Positions 1 to 17,231 of a DNA stretch of 64,000 nucleotides are shown piece by piece. This DNA is from Macrostomum lignano (lineage: Eukaryota), in contig NIVC01000923.1 of assembly GCA_002269645.1 (NCBI GenBank), positions 1-64,000 on the forward strand. The letters are read 5' to 3'. The position numbers and the translations under genes were made by a program. A model generated the notes under the pieces. That model ran no database searches and had not been told where the DNA came from. It saw nothing but the letters and a program-made list of their open reading frames with translations. Positions within the stretch are counted from its first letter, which is position 1. Every line of letters begins with the position of its first letter.

Positions 1-63
1 CCCCCCCAACACACCTTGGCTGTTAGACCCCGCCACAACTTATTCTTCATATAATCAATTGTG

Positions 64-1801
64 TTAAATGCACAAAAGTGCTTCTCTACCATCTTCATCT
101 GACTCACTTTCCGCCCCGGCACGCGCACTTTCCGGCAAGGAAATATTTCCGGCGTCCCCTAGTCCTCGAGAATGCAGCAACAGACTACTGTTGCCTTTGC
201 CAGGAATACCGGACAAAACCCGCTGTTGCCGCTGTCGCTGTTGCCGCCCGGCTGTTGCTGAACTATCAGACGACTGGAATTTCTTTTTCTGTCCGGCATT
301 TGCGTAGCTGTAGCCGTAGATTCCGGTTGAAGCGCCGCCTCCTCCGGAAGCTCCAACGCCGGTCAACTTCTCCGGCGAGTAGTGCCCTGCAGGGCGGTGG
401 ATTTCTTATAAAAATTGGTCGGCTTCTTCGATTTGGAGTCGTTCGTTCTGAAGAATGGAGAGACGGTTTTAATGTGATGGATTTTCATTTTTGTTTATTT
501 CATTGGTGTAAATATTCTAGCCTAATTGGGTCCACATTCTAGTCTAATCGGGGTGTATATTCCAGTTTAATTGGGGTCCATATTCTAGTCTAATCGGGGT
601 CCATATTCCAGTTTAATTGGGGTCCATTTTCTAGCCCAATCGGGCTCCATATTCCTGTCTAATTGGGGTCCATTTTCTAGCCCAATCGGGCTCCATATTC
701 CAGTCTAATTGGGTCCATTTTCTAGCCCAATCGGGCTCCATATTCTAGCCTAATTGGCATCCATGTTCCAGTCTAATTGGGTCAGTATTCCAGCCTAATT
801 TTAAGTGCCTACGAGTATTCTACTTTTGTAATAGTTAATTCCCATATAAGAAATCTTCTCTCACCGCAATCCAGCGTGTCCTGCCCGCCTACGCCGGGCG
901 AGAAGGCCGGTGCCACATTGTGCACCGCGAGCCCAACGCCTCCGCTGCCCGACCAAACGCTTGAACTCTGTGTCGTTTGGAAAAACTGCAACAGTGTGTG
1001 TGTGTGTAGATAAGTTTTTTTGGAGTTGTACGAGTTTCTGATGTTTCAACAGGGTTTGTTATCTTTGAGGCGTTGTTGGATTTTGAATGGGTTATTGCTG
1101 TTTCAAGATGGTTAGTCATCTTGAGGCTGTGTTGGATGTTGAATGGGTTTTTGTCGTTTTATTATTTATCAGGGTTTGTCATCTTGAGGCTGTGTTGGGT
1201 GTTGAATTGGTTATTGTCGTTTTATTATTTATCAGGTTTGTCATCTTGAGGCTGTGTTGGATGTTGAATGGGTTATTGTCGTTTTATTATTTATCAGGGT
1301 TTGTCATCTTGAGGCTGTGTTGGATTTGAATGGGTTTTTTGTCGTTTTATTATTTATCAGGTTCGTTATCTTGAGGCTTTGTTGTATTTTGAATGGGTTA
1401 TTGCTGTTTCAAGATGGTTAGTCATCTTGAGGCGTTGTTTGTAGTTTTAAATGGGTTATGTTGTTTCAATGGGGTTTGTATTCCTGTTGCGTTGTTGGAT
1501 GCTGAATGGGTTGTTGTTGTTGCTTTTTGCTGGGGTTTTCTAGATCTCAATCTCTATAAGTTTTGTTGTCTACTTGGTTACTTCAATATGTTTAAGGCGA
1601 TATGCATTAGTCCAATATATACATTTTAAAAATGTACTTTTAGTTTACTATTCAAAAGGCCTACCTGTGTGACGTCATCTGTGAGTGCTGGCTTATTGGG
1701 GGCATTACTTTTCCGCTGCTGTTTTGATTGCCACCAGAAGCAGCAGATTCTGTTTGGTTTGCTTGCTGCTGCTGGTGGTGACTTGGCCCGTCGACCAGCT
1801 C
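64..1801 (-). CDS. CDKL C-terminal low-complexity tail exons (splice path uncertain)
   Basis: One phase-consistent path is 1801-1709 (ELVDGPSHHQQQQ..SGK, donor GTAATG), 985-865 (FFQTTQSSSVWSG..DC, donor GTGAGA) and 386-64 (GHYSPEKLTGVGASGGG..stop), giving 547 aa in total. An alternative path 1801-1665 to 447-363 is also in phase. Confidence 0.55.
530..800. repeat. ~23-bp tandem repeat (ATTCTAGCCTAATTGGGGTCCAT-like) in a CDKL intron
   Basis: About 11 degenerate copies read directly. Confidence 0.85.
1030..1440. repeat. ~63-bp tandem repeat in a CDKL intron
   Basis: The core (C)ATCTTGAGGC recurs at about 63-bp spacing, about 6 copies. Confidence 0.85.
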
Positions 1802-2182
1802 CTGATGGGTTTTGTCAAGTACTATTGTTATTAGTAACTAAACTAAATAAGTCAAGTCGGTGGCTTGACTTATTTAGCATACTTAAGCAACAGTAAATTG
1901 GTTGTGAATACGAACAATCATTTGAAATCATTCAAGTCAAGTGAGGACGCATTGCTGAATTTTTATTCCATAAAATGACTGCTGTGCGACTGAGTAATAT
2001 AACTGAAAGTCTGTGAAGTAACTCTCAGAAGAATCTCTCAGATCACCTTGAGAAACTGTCCATATTCCAGAATAACTGTCTGAAACATTTAAAAGTTAAA
2101 TTTCTATCACTAATAATCTATTTTGTTGTTTAGTTTCCAAAAAAAAGTTTTGAAAATCCGCCACTGTTTCACGATCCAGACT

Positions 2183-2748
2183 CTTTGATGTAGCCGACAG
2201 TAATACGGGCGTAAACAATCAAACCATGAAGCAGCTTTGATGTAGCCGCCAATGACAAACAATCAAACTACGGAGCAGCTTTGATGTAGCCGCCAATGAC
2301 AAACAATCAAACTACGGAGCAGCTTTGATGTAGCCGCCAATGACAAACAATCAAACTACGGAGCAGCTTTGATGTAGCCGCCAATAACAAACAATCAAAC
2401 CATGGAGCAGCTTTGATGTAGCCGCCAATGACAAACAATCAAACCATGAAGCAGCTTTGATGTAGCCGCCAATGACAAACAATCAAACCATGGAGCAGCT
2501 TTGATGTAGCCGCCAATGACAAACAATCAAACTACGGAGCAGCTTTGATGTAGCCGCCAATAACAAACAATCAAACCATGGAGCAGCTTTGATGTAGCCG
2601 CCAATGACAAACAATCAAACCATGGAGCAGCTTTGATGTAGCCGCCAATAACAAACAATCAAACCATGAAGCAGCTTTGATGTAGCCGCCAATGACAAAC
2701 AATCAAACCATGGAGCAGCTTTGATGTAGCCGCCAATAACAAACAAAA
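2183..2748. repeat. 44-bp minisatellite GCAGCTTTGATGTAGCCGCCAATGACAAACAATCAAACCATGGA
   Basis: About 13 near-identical copies in CDKL intron 6. Confidence 0.95.
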
Positions 2749-2831
2749 AGCAACCTATTGCTTTATGAATTATGATTCTACTCCCCCTCAATAGAATACT
2801 AAGTTACAGTCATATTTGATACAACGCCAAC

Positions 2832-7014
<4,183 letters not shown>

Positions 7015-7619
7015 TCAATGCGCTGGGCAATCTAATGAAGTTTATCAAGGATAAGGTGCCAGTTCAAAAATCTGACGAAGGCATGTTGCAGGAATGAATA
7101 TCGATTTTTTCCGCGCTCGTGCCTGAGTCAGATTTGTCTGCTTCTGAAATATAAAATCAGGAATAAAATTGCCTAACATTGTGAAACTGTCCTATTCTCT
7201 TAACTTTGTCTTAAGAATTGGGGAGCACATTGAATCTTGGTTGCTAAGATCAACACAGGCTCACACACACTCACACACACACACAGATCAAAAAGACAAT
7301 GGTAATACGTGTTCCGTGCTCAGACCTCATCCTCAGCCATCCAATGAGCTGTGTCAGCAGCCTAGCTAATCTATCTATCAGTGTACTGCACCTGCGGTAG
7401 ATACCTGGGGTAGACTGCAAAGCTATTGCACATTTCCGCTATTCCTCTCTCCCCCATTCCCTATCGTGCCCTCGTGGTTTCTCCGCCACGCTGTCAAGTA
7501 AAGCAGTAATTGAAAGGAAAAAGATAGAAGCTTTCATTGTGCTAATTAATCATTAATGCTGCTGCAGTTCAGGCATAGGGGCTGCCTGTGAGTCTCTGGG
7601 CTTTCCAAGCGTAAAATAG

Positions 7620-7830
7620 ATCTGAGTTGGCGCCATATAGATCTATGAGTGGCGCCATATAGATCTCTGAGTTGGCGCCATATAGATCTATGAGTTGGCG
7701 CCATATAGATCTCTGAGTTGGCGCCATATAGATCTATGAGTGGCGCCATATAGATCTCTAAGTTGGCGCCATATAGATCTTTGAGTTGGCGCCATATAGA
7801 TCTCTAAGTTGGCGCCATATAGATCTTTGT
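7620..7830. repeat. 22-24-bp tandem repeat GAGTTGGCGCCATATAGATCT(CT/AT)
   Basis: About 9 copies upstream of CDKL. Confidence 0.9.
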
Positions 7831-8605
7831 GTGGTGCCATATCGGATCTCAGTTATTCATTAAAACATTTTTATTGTTTCATCAATCCTTACTTGATTTA
7901 TAAGGTCTATATGTGGCCATTACAAATACACTCAGCTGACACTCAAACTCACCTGTCTGAAAATGTCAGTCAAATAAATAGTTTACAATCTGATTCGTAT
8001 TTTAATATATTGTCAATTATACAGACTTCACAAATTCATGGCTGCCAGCATAGCTACTCACAAATGGGGTAAAACTGCAGAGCACTGTATCTTCTTTTTA
8101 TCTTATTTATATAATATGAGACAACTGACGGAGAAAATGGTAGAGACAGAGAGTAAGATGCTCAATAAAGCAGACTTTGAGGTCGGAAACTCATACCGAT
8201 GGCAAATATATACGGAATTATACTTATAGTTGATATATACACTTGTGTGCACTGGAAATTCACATGGATACACAAGACAAAATTGAGTGGCGAGTGGAGA
8301 GAGAAAGAGAGATAGAGTCTGCCTCTGAGTTCAATGCTCGCTTCTTCGCTCTCCTAACTCCTCTCTCTTCTCTAGAGTAGAACAGATAATCTGCAACCAT
8401 TTTTTGGTAATAAAACACGAGCTCAGATGCAGTTTGTAGAAACAAAGCCGTCCACCCAGGTAGCGGCTGCCTGGGAGACATTGGAAAACATTAGTTCATT
8501 AATTTACATTTCTAATTTGTTATAGTGACGCCACAATATAAGACGAAGAAAGAAGCAAGTAAGAGAAAGTGTTTCAAGAGATTACTCTTTTAGTAAGTTA
8601 GTAAG

Positions 8606-8762
8606 TAAGTAAGTAAGTAAGTCAGTCAGTCAGTCAGTCAGTCAGTCAGTCAGTCAGTCAGTCAGTCAGTCAGTCAGTCAGTCAGTCAGTCAGTCAGTCA
8701 GTCAGTCAGTCAGTCAGTCAGTCAGTCAGTCAGTCAGTCAGTCAGTCAGTCAGTCAGTCAGT
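8606..8762. repeat. (AGTA)n/(AGTC)n microsatellite
   Basis: Read directly. Confidence 0.95.
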
Positions 8763-9766
8763 GAAATTAATATGAGCGCGTTAACTGCAGAGCGATAACT
8801 GTGCCCAAGAGAAAATGATTGAATTTTGGCAGAAAAACGAGATCCCAAAGTTGTCCACAGAAATCAGATGCACCTTATTAGAATTTTACTTCAAGTAGAG
8901 ATTTCAGCATGCTGTAACTTTGAATGCAAAGTTTTTAAGGCTTATTTTAGTCTCTCTGAGTTGCACATCAACCAGAAAGACACAAATAATTGAAATGGAA
9001 AGTTTATCTTCTGAAAGTTCAAAATTGCAAGCGGAGCCCGTGTTTGTTGTGCTCATCGAAGAGGGTTGTTCAACAAATACAAAAGGATTTTGCTGTGTAT
9101 TTCTGAAGTAAATTTTATGTAAATTGTGATGAACTGTTGTTACGGTAATTCTGGACAGTGCGCTCACTTTATAGGACCATGCGCACTTATGCGTACTTAA
9201 ACGTAGTTCTCCTCTCTTTCTAGGAACTTCTCCCGCTCTCTAAGGTTTCATTCATCCATTTGGGCATCCATTTGGGCGATTCCTCATTTGGGCCTGGCCA
9301 TAGACTACAGAACAGTATCCCAGTTTGCCTGTACGCCTTGTCTATGTCGCTAGTGCTTTGCTAGCGGAGATTCTCACTAAGTGACCTCCGCTGCCATAGA
9401 CAATAAAATTAACGTCCTAAGCCAGAGTGAGGTTGGTTGAACTTCTTCTACCATAGACAAAACGTCTCCCGCGAATACAGGGAGTGGAGAATACTCATAA
9501 TCTCCGCAAATCTAGTCAATATTTTCCGCTCCTTGCATTCGTGGGATACATTTCAATAACAAACTGAGTTTCAGTAGGTTTTTATACATGTACTTATTTG
9601 GCTTGGCCTAACAAAGCTCCAAATCATGCTTTCTTTGATTCACCCTTTTCGACCGATTTGGTTTTTTTACTGCGTTCAAGTTGGTGCGTTGCAAAGAGCC
9701 CAGCAAAGTTTGTATTCACCACAGACTAAGAACTGAAATAACCAGGCAATTAGGTTTCTTCGCTAC

Positions 9767-10531
9767 TATAGCTTTTGGCAGCCCATTTGGGCCTACTCGC
9801 ATTGAATTTAATCCAAGATACGTTTGCCAATGTAACGGAGCTTTTGTCTATGGTAGCAAGGCTGGCACCGCGGCATTTAATTTGGTCCAACAAGCATCAA
9901 TTTGGTCCAAACGCTCCAAGAGCCATTCGGCAAACTCCTACCTTCTCGCAACCGTCTGCAGGTTGTTGCGTACCGCTGGAATGTCGGCGTCTGTACCAAC
10001 AATTTTCAGTCGCCTTTCCAGAGCTCTGCTCATAGTCCAAATCTGATAACCAACTGGAACTGTTCCTTCAACTTCTGCTGCATTTTCTGCACCGTCAACA
10101 AAGGGTTCGTCTCAACTGCATCGAGTAGCAGTTGGACCTGAGGCTCTCGCAACTTGCCTTGGCAATTGCCACCCTGTCACTGGCGACCTCTGCCGGCAGT
10201 GGTTTCAACGCGCTGATGGATGCTGTAAACCATCTTTTTTACATTCAGCAACCTTGCAATGTCCTTTGGGTGTTCACCTCTGTTGAGTGCTTTGATCTCA
10301 AGCCAATGGCATTCGTTTGACAGCCCAGCGTATGGTCCACAATTATGAGGCTGATCTTGATCCTCCGTAACAGTTGCAAATGAAGCTATGGACCAAATTG
10401 ATGCATGTTGGACCAAGTTAAATGCCGCTGTGCCAGCTTTGCTACCATAGACAAAATCTCCGTTATATTAGCAAACGTATCTTGGATTAAATTCAATGCG
10501 CGCAGGCCCAAATGGGCTGCAAAAAGCTATA
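9767..10531 (-). mobile_element. Non-autonomous Tc1/mariner (IS630-Tc1-mariner) derivative with 143-bp TIRs and a degraded transposase fragment
   Basis: 9767-9909 is the reverse complement of 10389-10531 at roughly 90% identity by eye. Both ends terminate in TATA, consistent with a TA target-site duplication. The interior on the minus strand translates, with stops and a frameshift, to EIKALNRGEHPKDIARLLNVKKMVYSIHQRVET..GGNCQGKLREPQVQLLLDAVETNPLLTVQKMQQKLKEQF..WTMSRALERRLK..PAVRNNLQTVARR*EFAEW, resembling the Tc1-type HTH and linker region. Confidence 0.85.
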
Positions 10532-13500
10532 TTCATAATTTGCTTATTTCACGAAAATCAAACTCAAAAGCACAAGTCACGCATGCATTCACTTTCCTCT
10601 CTGTCCACCAGACTGATTTTAGTGTATGGTATGGTCCTCTCTGCACCATTCTTTACTTCCAACTATGGCAAAAATTACTTAAAAAACAAATTAGTTTTTA
10701 TTGTCGATGGTTTGTCTGTGTAAAATCTCTACCACGCTGCCACGTTAGACTGCTGACTGCCATGCACCAATTAAATGCAAAAAGGTGATATAGTTAAGAC
10801 CCTACCTATATGATCAAATACTCTTGTTTGTATCAGGTAAAAAATTTTTAGACAAAATATGTTGTCTAAATGCAAAATATATGGCCTAATAAAATATTAG
10901 AAGCCTTTACCTAATAGATAAGAATATTGAATTAGGCCTACAGGTATTTAGTAAGGTTACCAATTATAGTGAAGTTTAAATTATTATTATTAACAATTTA
11001 TGTACTATATATTGACTGCCACTAATACTAAAAGCCTTGCTCTTCTATTACATCTTAGTTAATGATCTTAAAGGGCATTATAATATAATATAAATTGCAT
11101 AAAATAATTAATCTAATCCAAATTATCTGACAATGACAATATTTTAAAGCTATGCTAATAGATAAAGATAAATAAATATAACAAAAGTATATAAACTAGA
11201 TAAATAAATCAAGAGCGAAAAATAAAAAAATCACCATTGAGTCTAAAATGATTAATGATAGCTATGCTTAAGTTTGTTGAAAGTTCACTAAATTTCATTA
11301 TTCATTCTAGTTAAAAAATCTGAACAGATAAAATTGCTCAAATTTTGCTACAAAGGTCATTTTGTATTATCTGCACATTTATCTCTACTGTACCGTTCAT
11401 TATGCATACACATATGCGTGGAGAAATTATTCTGAATGCTGTGTATGCCTTGATTTAAATACTATCGTCCTTATACATGTATAAAGTTGGTGGGCACGGC
11501 TTTTTAGCAAAATAAAAGATAATTCATACCCATAAGTTCACTTAAACATTAAAAGTTTTCAGTTTTTGTTCGATTTGTAGCAGTGGCAGACGGAGTCCAA
11601 CTGACTTCTTAAGTCGAATCAGCAATCACATCACATGATCAATTTACAGGGAGTTTTAAACCTTTCAAGATTGTCTGTTAAAACTGTGAAACGACGCTAA
11701 GTTTGCAGCTACAAAACTTATTTTTCTTACAAAATAAAAGAAGAATACTATTATATTGCTATGATACACTTTTTTTAAACGTTTTTACCAAAGCAGAAGG
11801 ATTTTTACCCGCTTCTTTGTTATAAGATCTTAAAACGCGTAATAGTTTCGGTGTATCCGTTCAATCAAGAAAATACATGAAAAAATGTTGAGTAAATACT
11901 TAAATACACACGCGAACATGCATCTCTTGCCAAATTTTCTTTTGTGTTTGCTGCAACTTGATGCTATACAATATATAGACAAGCTATGAAACAGCGCTGA
12001 CACTGTAGTTTACACTGCATGTAGCTCGTATCATTAATTAAGCTATAGCATTATAGAATTGCAATAGTATAATGCAGTCTATTAACTGGTACTAAAATGT
12101 ACTCTGCTGCATGCGATTTAATCATAGTTTTCTCTTACAGCCTCAAATATTTTAACTTGTATTGTATTACCTAATAGCAGAGATTTTAACAAAAGATTTT
12201 TGTGCGTCCAGTGTAAAATATACATGGTACACGAAAAGTAGTGTGCAGCGCTATACGCGAGGTACATAACATGTAGTTCTGATCCTTACATGTTTTTTTT
12301 CATTACATGTACGTACATTGCTACCCTTTTAGGGCTTTACAGGTACTGCAAGACAAATTAGTAAAAATAATTACATTTATGGATTCCGAAAAATGTTCAT
12401 GTACACGTACGAGTCGTACATGCAATTGAGCCGAAGCCCGCTAAAAAATACATTATACATGTATGCATACATACCAAAAAATGTTCCAATTTAGACTTCT
12501 TCTTTTGCAGAAATCAGTGAAGGGCCGGTGGAGGGCCGGGCTGTGCTGTATTTTGACGAAAATTCCCTATTTTTTCTGGCCGTCTTTCCCGTCTCTCCTA
12601 CGTATCAATCAACTGTCCCGTCTGCATGTTGTATGATGGCGCAAACTAAGTACATAAATTTAGAGGTAATTTATTACATGTACATCTCGAGACATCATTG
12701 CTATTTTTTCAGTTGGTGCAGATCAGTTTATTTAGCTTATTTTGACCAAAGATATACAATGTAAATTTTGAGCAACATGTATGCCGCTGGTGTATAAGAT
12801 GTCGAAGATCGGGTACTACTACGTCGTATAAATTTACAGTTCGATGCGCATGGCACTACTGAAGTATAGTTACGTTCATTACTAATTCACAAAATAAGAA
12901 TTACATGTACGTGTACATGCATCAGTGACACGTACAATGAAAAGGGTTAAGAGCACTTCTATGAAAATTAAATTTATTTGCCATCAACTGTGTGGACTGC
13001 ATACATTATATATATACGCATAACAGCAGTAACTATAACAGATTATACACAGTTCTCGCTTTCACAGTCGTTTTGTGTTATTGTGTCAAGAAATTGTGTT
13101 ATTCTGCGCAAATTATTGCAGTATCGAATTCAAGCCGTGCTGCTATACGTGGCATGGCAGGTTCAGAACAGTCTTCAGTCGCAGGGAAAGTTGAACCCGT
13201 GTGAGCGTAGAGGCGAATTGTGCAGCTTTTTAGCCGTCATCTCGGATTTGCTGTGCTGCATGCAGATCGTTTAAACAAATTGCAATCCGCTTTTGAGCTT
13301 CGGCTGTTAATTTAAATCACATAACGTAAAATGAAGTTGGTTAAAAACAGCTACTCGTAGCTCACACTATCGATGCAATGATGCGGTATGCGTCCGAAAT
13401 GTGTCCAATGTGTGTCCAGAAGTCTAAAAGCCAGCCGTTTCTTGTACCATGCTAACTGAAACACAGAAGTTAAGTTGCTACAGTGTTTTTAAACAAGCCA

Positions 13501-15439
13501 ATAAGGTGTATAGTAATTACAATGAAATCGATAATCAAGAGTAAAATTATCTACTTCGATAGATGCTTCACGTCGTTACCATACCGAGCAACCTATGATA
13601 TTACTTTAAGGAACTTTAAAGCTCCTTCTAATTGATCCTGAAACATAGGATTAATTGAATAAATAGCTAAGTAATTAATCACAGATTGCCTGGTGTGAAG
13701 CGACGCAAGTTTATAATTACACACGTCAGTTAGGTGTTGCTGTTAGATCCGCAGTCTAAGTGACCTGTCTGCGTCTCTGCATTCGAAGCCTTGGCTTCGG
13801 GCCTGTATATATATATATATATATACTCGAAGTACATACATATACAGCATGTCTTCGCTCTTATTATCACGATTTCGGCAAACTTACACTTGAAGAAAAA
13901 ACTACAGTAGAAACTGTACTGCAGGGCTCCCTTCGATATCAGCCAATAGCAATCAAGCTTTCAATGCACGTGAACGAGTGGTGGTGGGTGCATGGTCGCA
14001 GAGCCAAAGGCGCTCACATCTATACACTCCCCCCTCTAATTGCCTCTCTGCACCTCCTCACCGCCCCCCCCCCGTCAACAGAAGAGCCGCGCGCTGTGAA
14101 ACTATACATGCATAATGGATTTGAAGTCTTTGACTTGCTGCGAATTTGTGCGAGAATGGCCCAGTTTCGATACATAAAGCAGAAATATTCTATTTATGTA
14201 GCTATAGCAGAGAGAAATCCTGTACAAAGCTGTGTCAACACTTAATACTATAAGTCTCAACAGTATTTGATGGCGCTTGCGTTTATTGTAGCCAGTTTCA
14301 TCCTAAGCAGGGGTTCCTTTTCGTCCGTCTGCGTTACGTTGCGTTGAATTTAGTCTACTTTATACCACCTTATGGTTAAAAGCCAAGGTGTACAGCAGAT
14401 TACCTTTGCATCGCGAGTATCACACTACATATGTGTTTTACCAGAGGCTCTCTACATATCAGAATTTTAACTGTAGCTATTTGTAATATGAATTCACAAT
14501 GTATCCGCTAGATTGAATCTACTTTGATACAATCCAATTAGTCACTGTACGATCGTATGCTCGTTACACTAATGGTGTAATTACAGACGAATACAAAGTT
14601 AAAACCAGCGAAAATCATATAATTTAATTGAGATAACGTTCTCGAAATATATCATCTCAATGCTTGGTAAAATTGGGGTGCTATTAAGCAATTAAGTAAA
14701 CAAGTGAGCATCTAGAAGTCCATTGAATGATAGTAAATTTTAACCCATTACTGGGCACCTGATTCCAACCTAAGAGTCGTAATTAAGGACAATTATTAAT
14801 ATAACTTTGATAAGAATATTGTTAGAACAGCTCGCAATCTTTCTCACTGTAAGCGTACACTATTATGAGTTGGATTGAAGTTAGCAATTAAGAATGCCAT
14901 CTTATATAGATAGGGTTGTATGTACATTTTAATTACTCAAAAACTCCAATAGCTCAACTCTGACTAGGAGGAGAGGACGTCATTATCTCAAAACTTGCTC
15001 AGTCCCAGCCGATAAGAATTAATCTATCACGAAAATGGATCTGACTAACTAATTAAGGCGTCAATGCCACACGCAGGTGTGGCATTGTGTAACCCCATAA
15101 AACTGTCTTCATATTATACAGACACGTCTTGGCATATACAGGCCTCTATATGTTTCTCTGTCACCTGCTTCTCTACGAGCAAGCAGTGACTTTGTATCTC
15201 GCACTGTACTTGCCTTGTGCCTGCATGGTGGCCCTGTAATGAAACTGAATTTTTAGGACTTCGTTAAATACATCTGCGGTATATTGGGGGCCATGTCATC
15301 TGGTGGGTAACCTTACTGAGGTTCAATGGGTATCCCGACCTGTTTTCTGAGAAATCTTGGGGGCGTCTCACAGAGGGTATTTTTATGGATTCTGCAGTAT
15401 CTTAGGGGAGCTTCCGGGGTTGCATCTTGGCGAGGTCTT

Positions 15440-15650
15440 GGGGTGGACTCTCAGAGGTATCTTTTGGTGGACTCTAAGGGGTGTCCTGGGGTGGATTCTC
15501 TGGGGTATCTTGGAGTGGACGCTCAGATATCTTAGGGTGGACGCATCTTGGGGTGGACTCTCTGGGTATCTTGGGGTGGACTCTCTGGGTATCTTGGGGT
15601 GGACTCTCAGGGATATCTTGGGGTGGACTCTGAGAGGTATCTTTGGGGGA
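15440..15650. repeat. Degenerate ~24-bp G-rich repeat (GGGGTGGACTCTCTGGGTATCTT)
   Basis: About 8 imperfect copies. Confidence 0.75.
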
Positions 15651-17231
15651 ACTGGTGGTGTCCTGGTATGTTTTCCAAGATATATTGTGGAGGCTTTCGA
15701 GCGTAATTTGTTTTATCCTCTTATTTAGGGTGCACTCTGAGCCTGAGGGTTTCTTGGCGTGTCTCCGATTGGTTATTCTTCAGGTGCCTTCCTAGGATAT
15801 CTTGAGAGTATTTTCGGGTTGTATTCCGGGGGTACTTTGGGGTGAATTCTGCGGTGTATTTAGGGGATACATGTACCTGAGAGTACCCCTAAGCCGAATT
15901 CAGAGCGTGTGAGGGCATTCTGTTTATTCGATAGTAATGCCTTGATTGAATAAAACTCAAAGCTAATTTCATTTAGCGAAAATATTACACGATATAGCTC
16001 GTAACCAACTTCGGCGATGTACTTTCAGGTTGTTTCAATTCGATTATAACTTGGACAAATCACATTGGGGCTTAAAATATTAAAAATTGTACAATTTAGT
16101 TCAAGAAACATACATTTATACACAACAGCGGTAAATAAACTTTTGCTTTTATCCTCGAGAAACAGACGATAACTAATAATTTTACACGTTAATATAGAAC
16201 TTTTACTTCGTGCACACAATACTACTAGCAGAAAAGATCTTTAATAAACTTTTATCGCAATTGATTACGTCATAGACTCGCTAGGAGATCGGGGGGGGGG
16301 CATTGATCAATTTTATTAATGTCAGCATTAAACAGAGCAAGCGGCATGGGACTATACAAAAGAGGGAGACCTTTTGGTTTAGCCAGCAGAGCAAATTCTA
16401 GTTTGACTCTACGCATGGGATTAGAAATCGTCTATGGCTCAATCGTCTATGGCAAAACCTCTTTATTTTAATTCTTTCTCCTTCGCTTCAACCCCAATTG
16501 GATCATCTCGGCTTGGCTATGCCTAACGATAAATAAAGTTAGGGCCGCTGTACACTCCTGTGGGATTGTGCCTGTGCGTATGACTGCGTTCGTATCCGCG
16601 CGCTTGTGTGCCTGCTCATGGGAGTCACCCTGGTTCTGAAATATCATTTGCCTAAGTTGAGATCAGACGAGAAAGGTGTCCAATTTGGCTTGCCTACTTA
16701 TTGAGCCTTCAAAAATTTCTATAGTATGGACATGCCAGTACGTTCTCCGTACTTGCCTTTTAGTCATGGGAACAGGCTTGGTGCCTATGGTCAAACGACA
16801 GGTCACCAACGCTTGCTAAATATGCATCAATAACATATAGCGAATCGAGTAAGCAGAAGGTAATGATGCATTACATAGAAGCGCTTACAAGCAACTGACA
16901 ACAAACGTTATTTTGTAAATCGCACAAAAAAATATGAGTTTGAAAAGTACAAACAAACATGGATTAAATCGGGCTACTCGAGCTGTTTAGGTTGTCTCAG
17001 GGTATTTTTTAAAACATAATGAAGCCTTTCCTACTACTGACTAGTCACGGCCTATAGTAGTATAAATAGAAAATTCGTGTTGATTTTTTATAATTGTATA
17101 ACAAAACAATGATTTTTTCGAGAAAATTTTTCACTACTTTTTTATCTAAAGCCACGTTTTTAAGTAAGATTCTCCATCTCAAAAAAATCCTGCAAACAGC
17201 TAATTAGAAGCATTTTCTATTGCGATAACTG

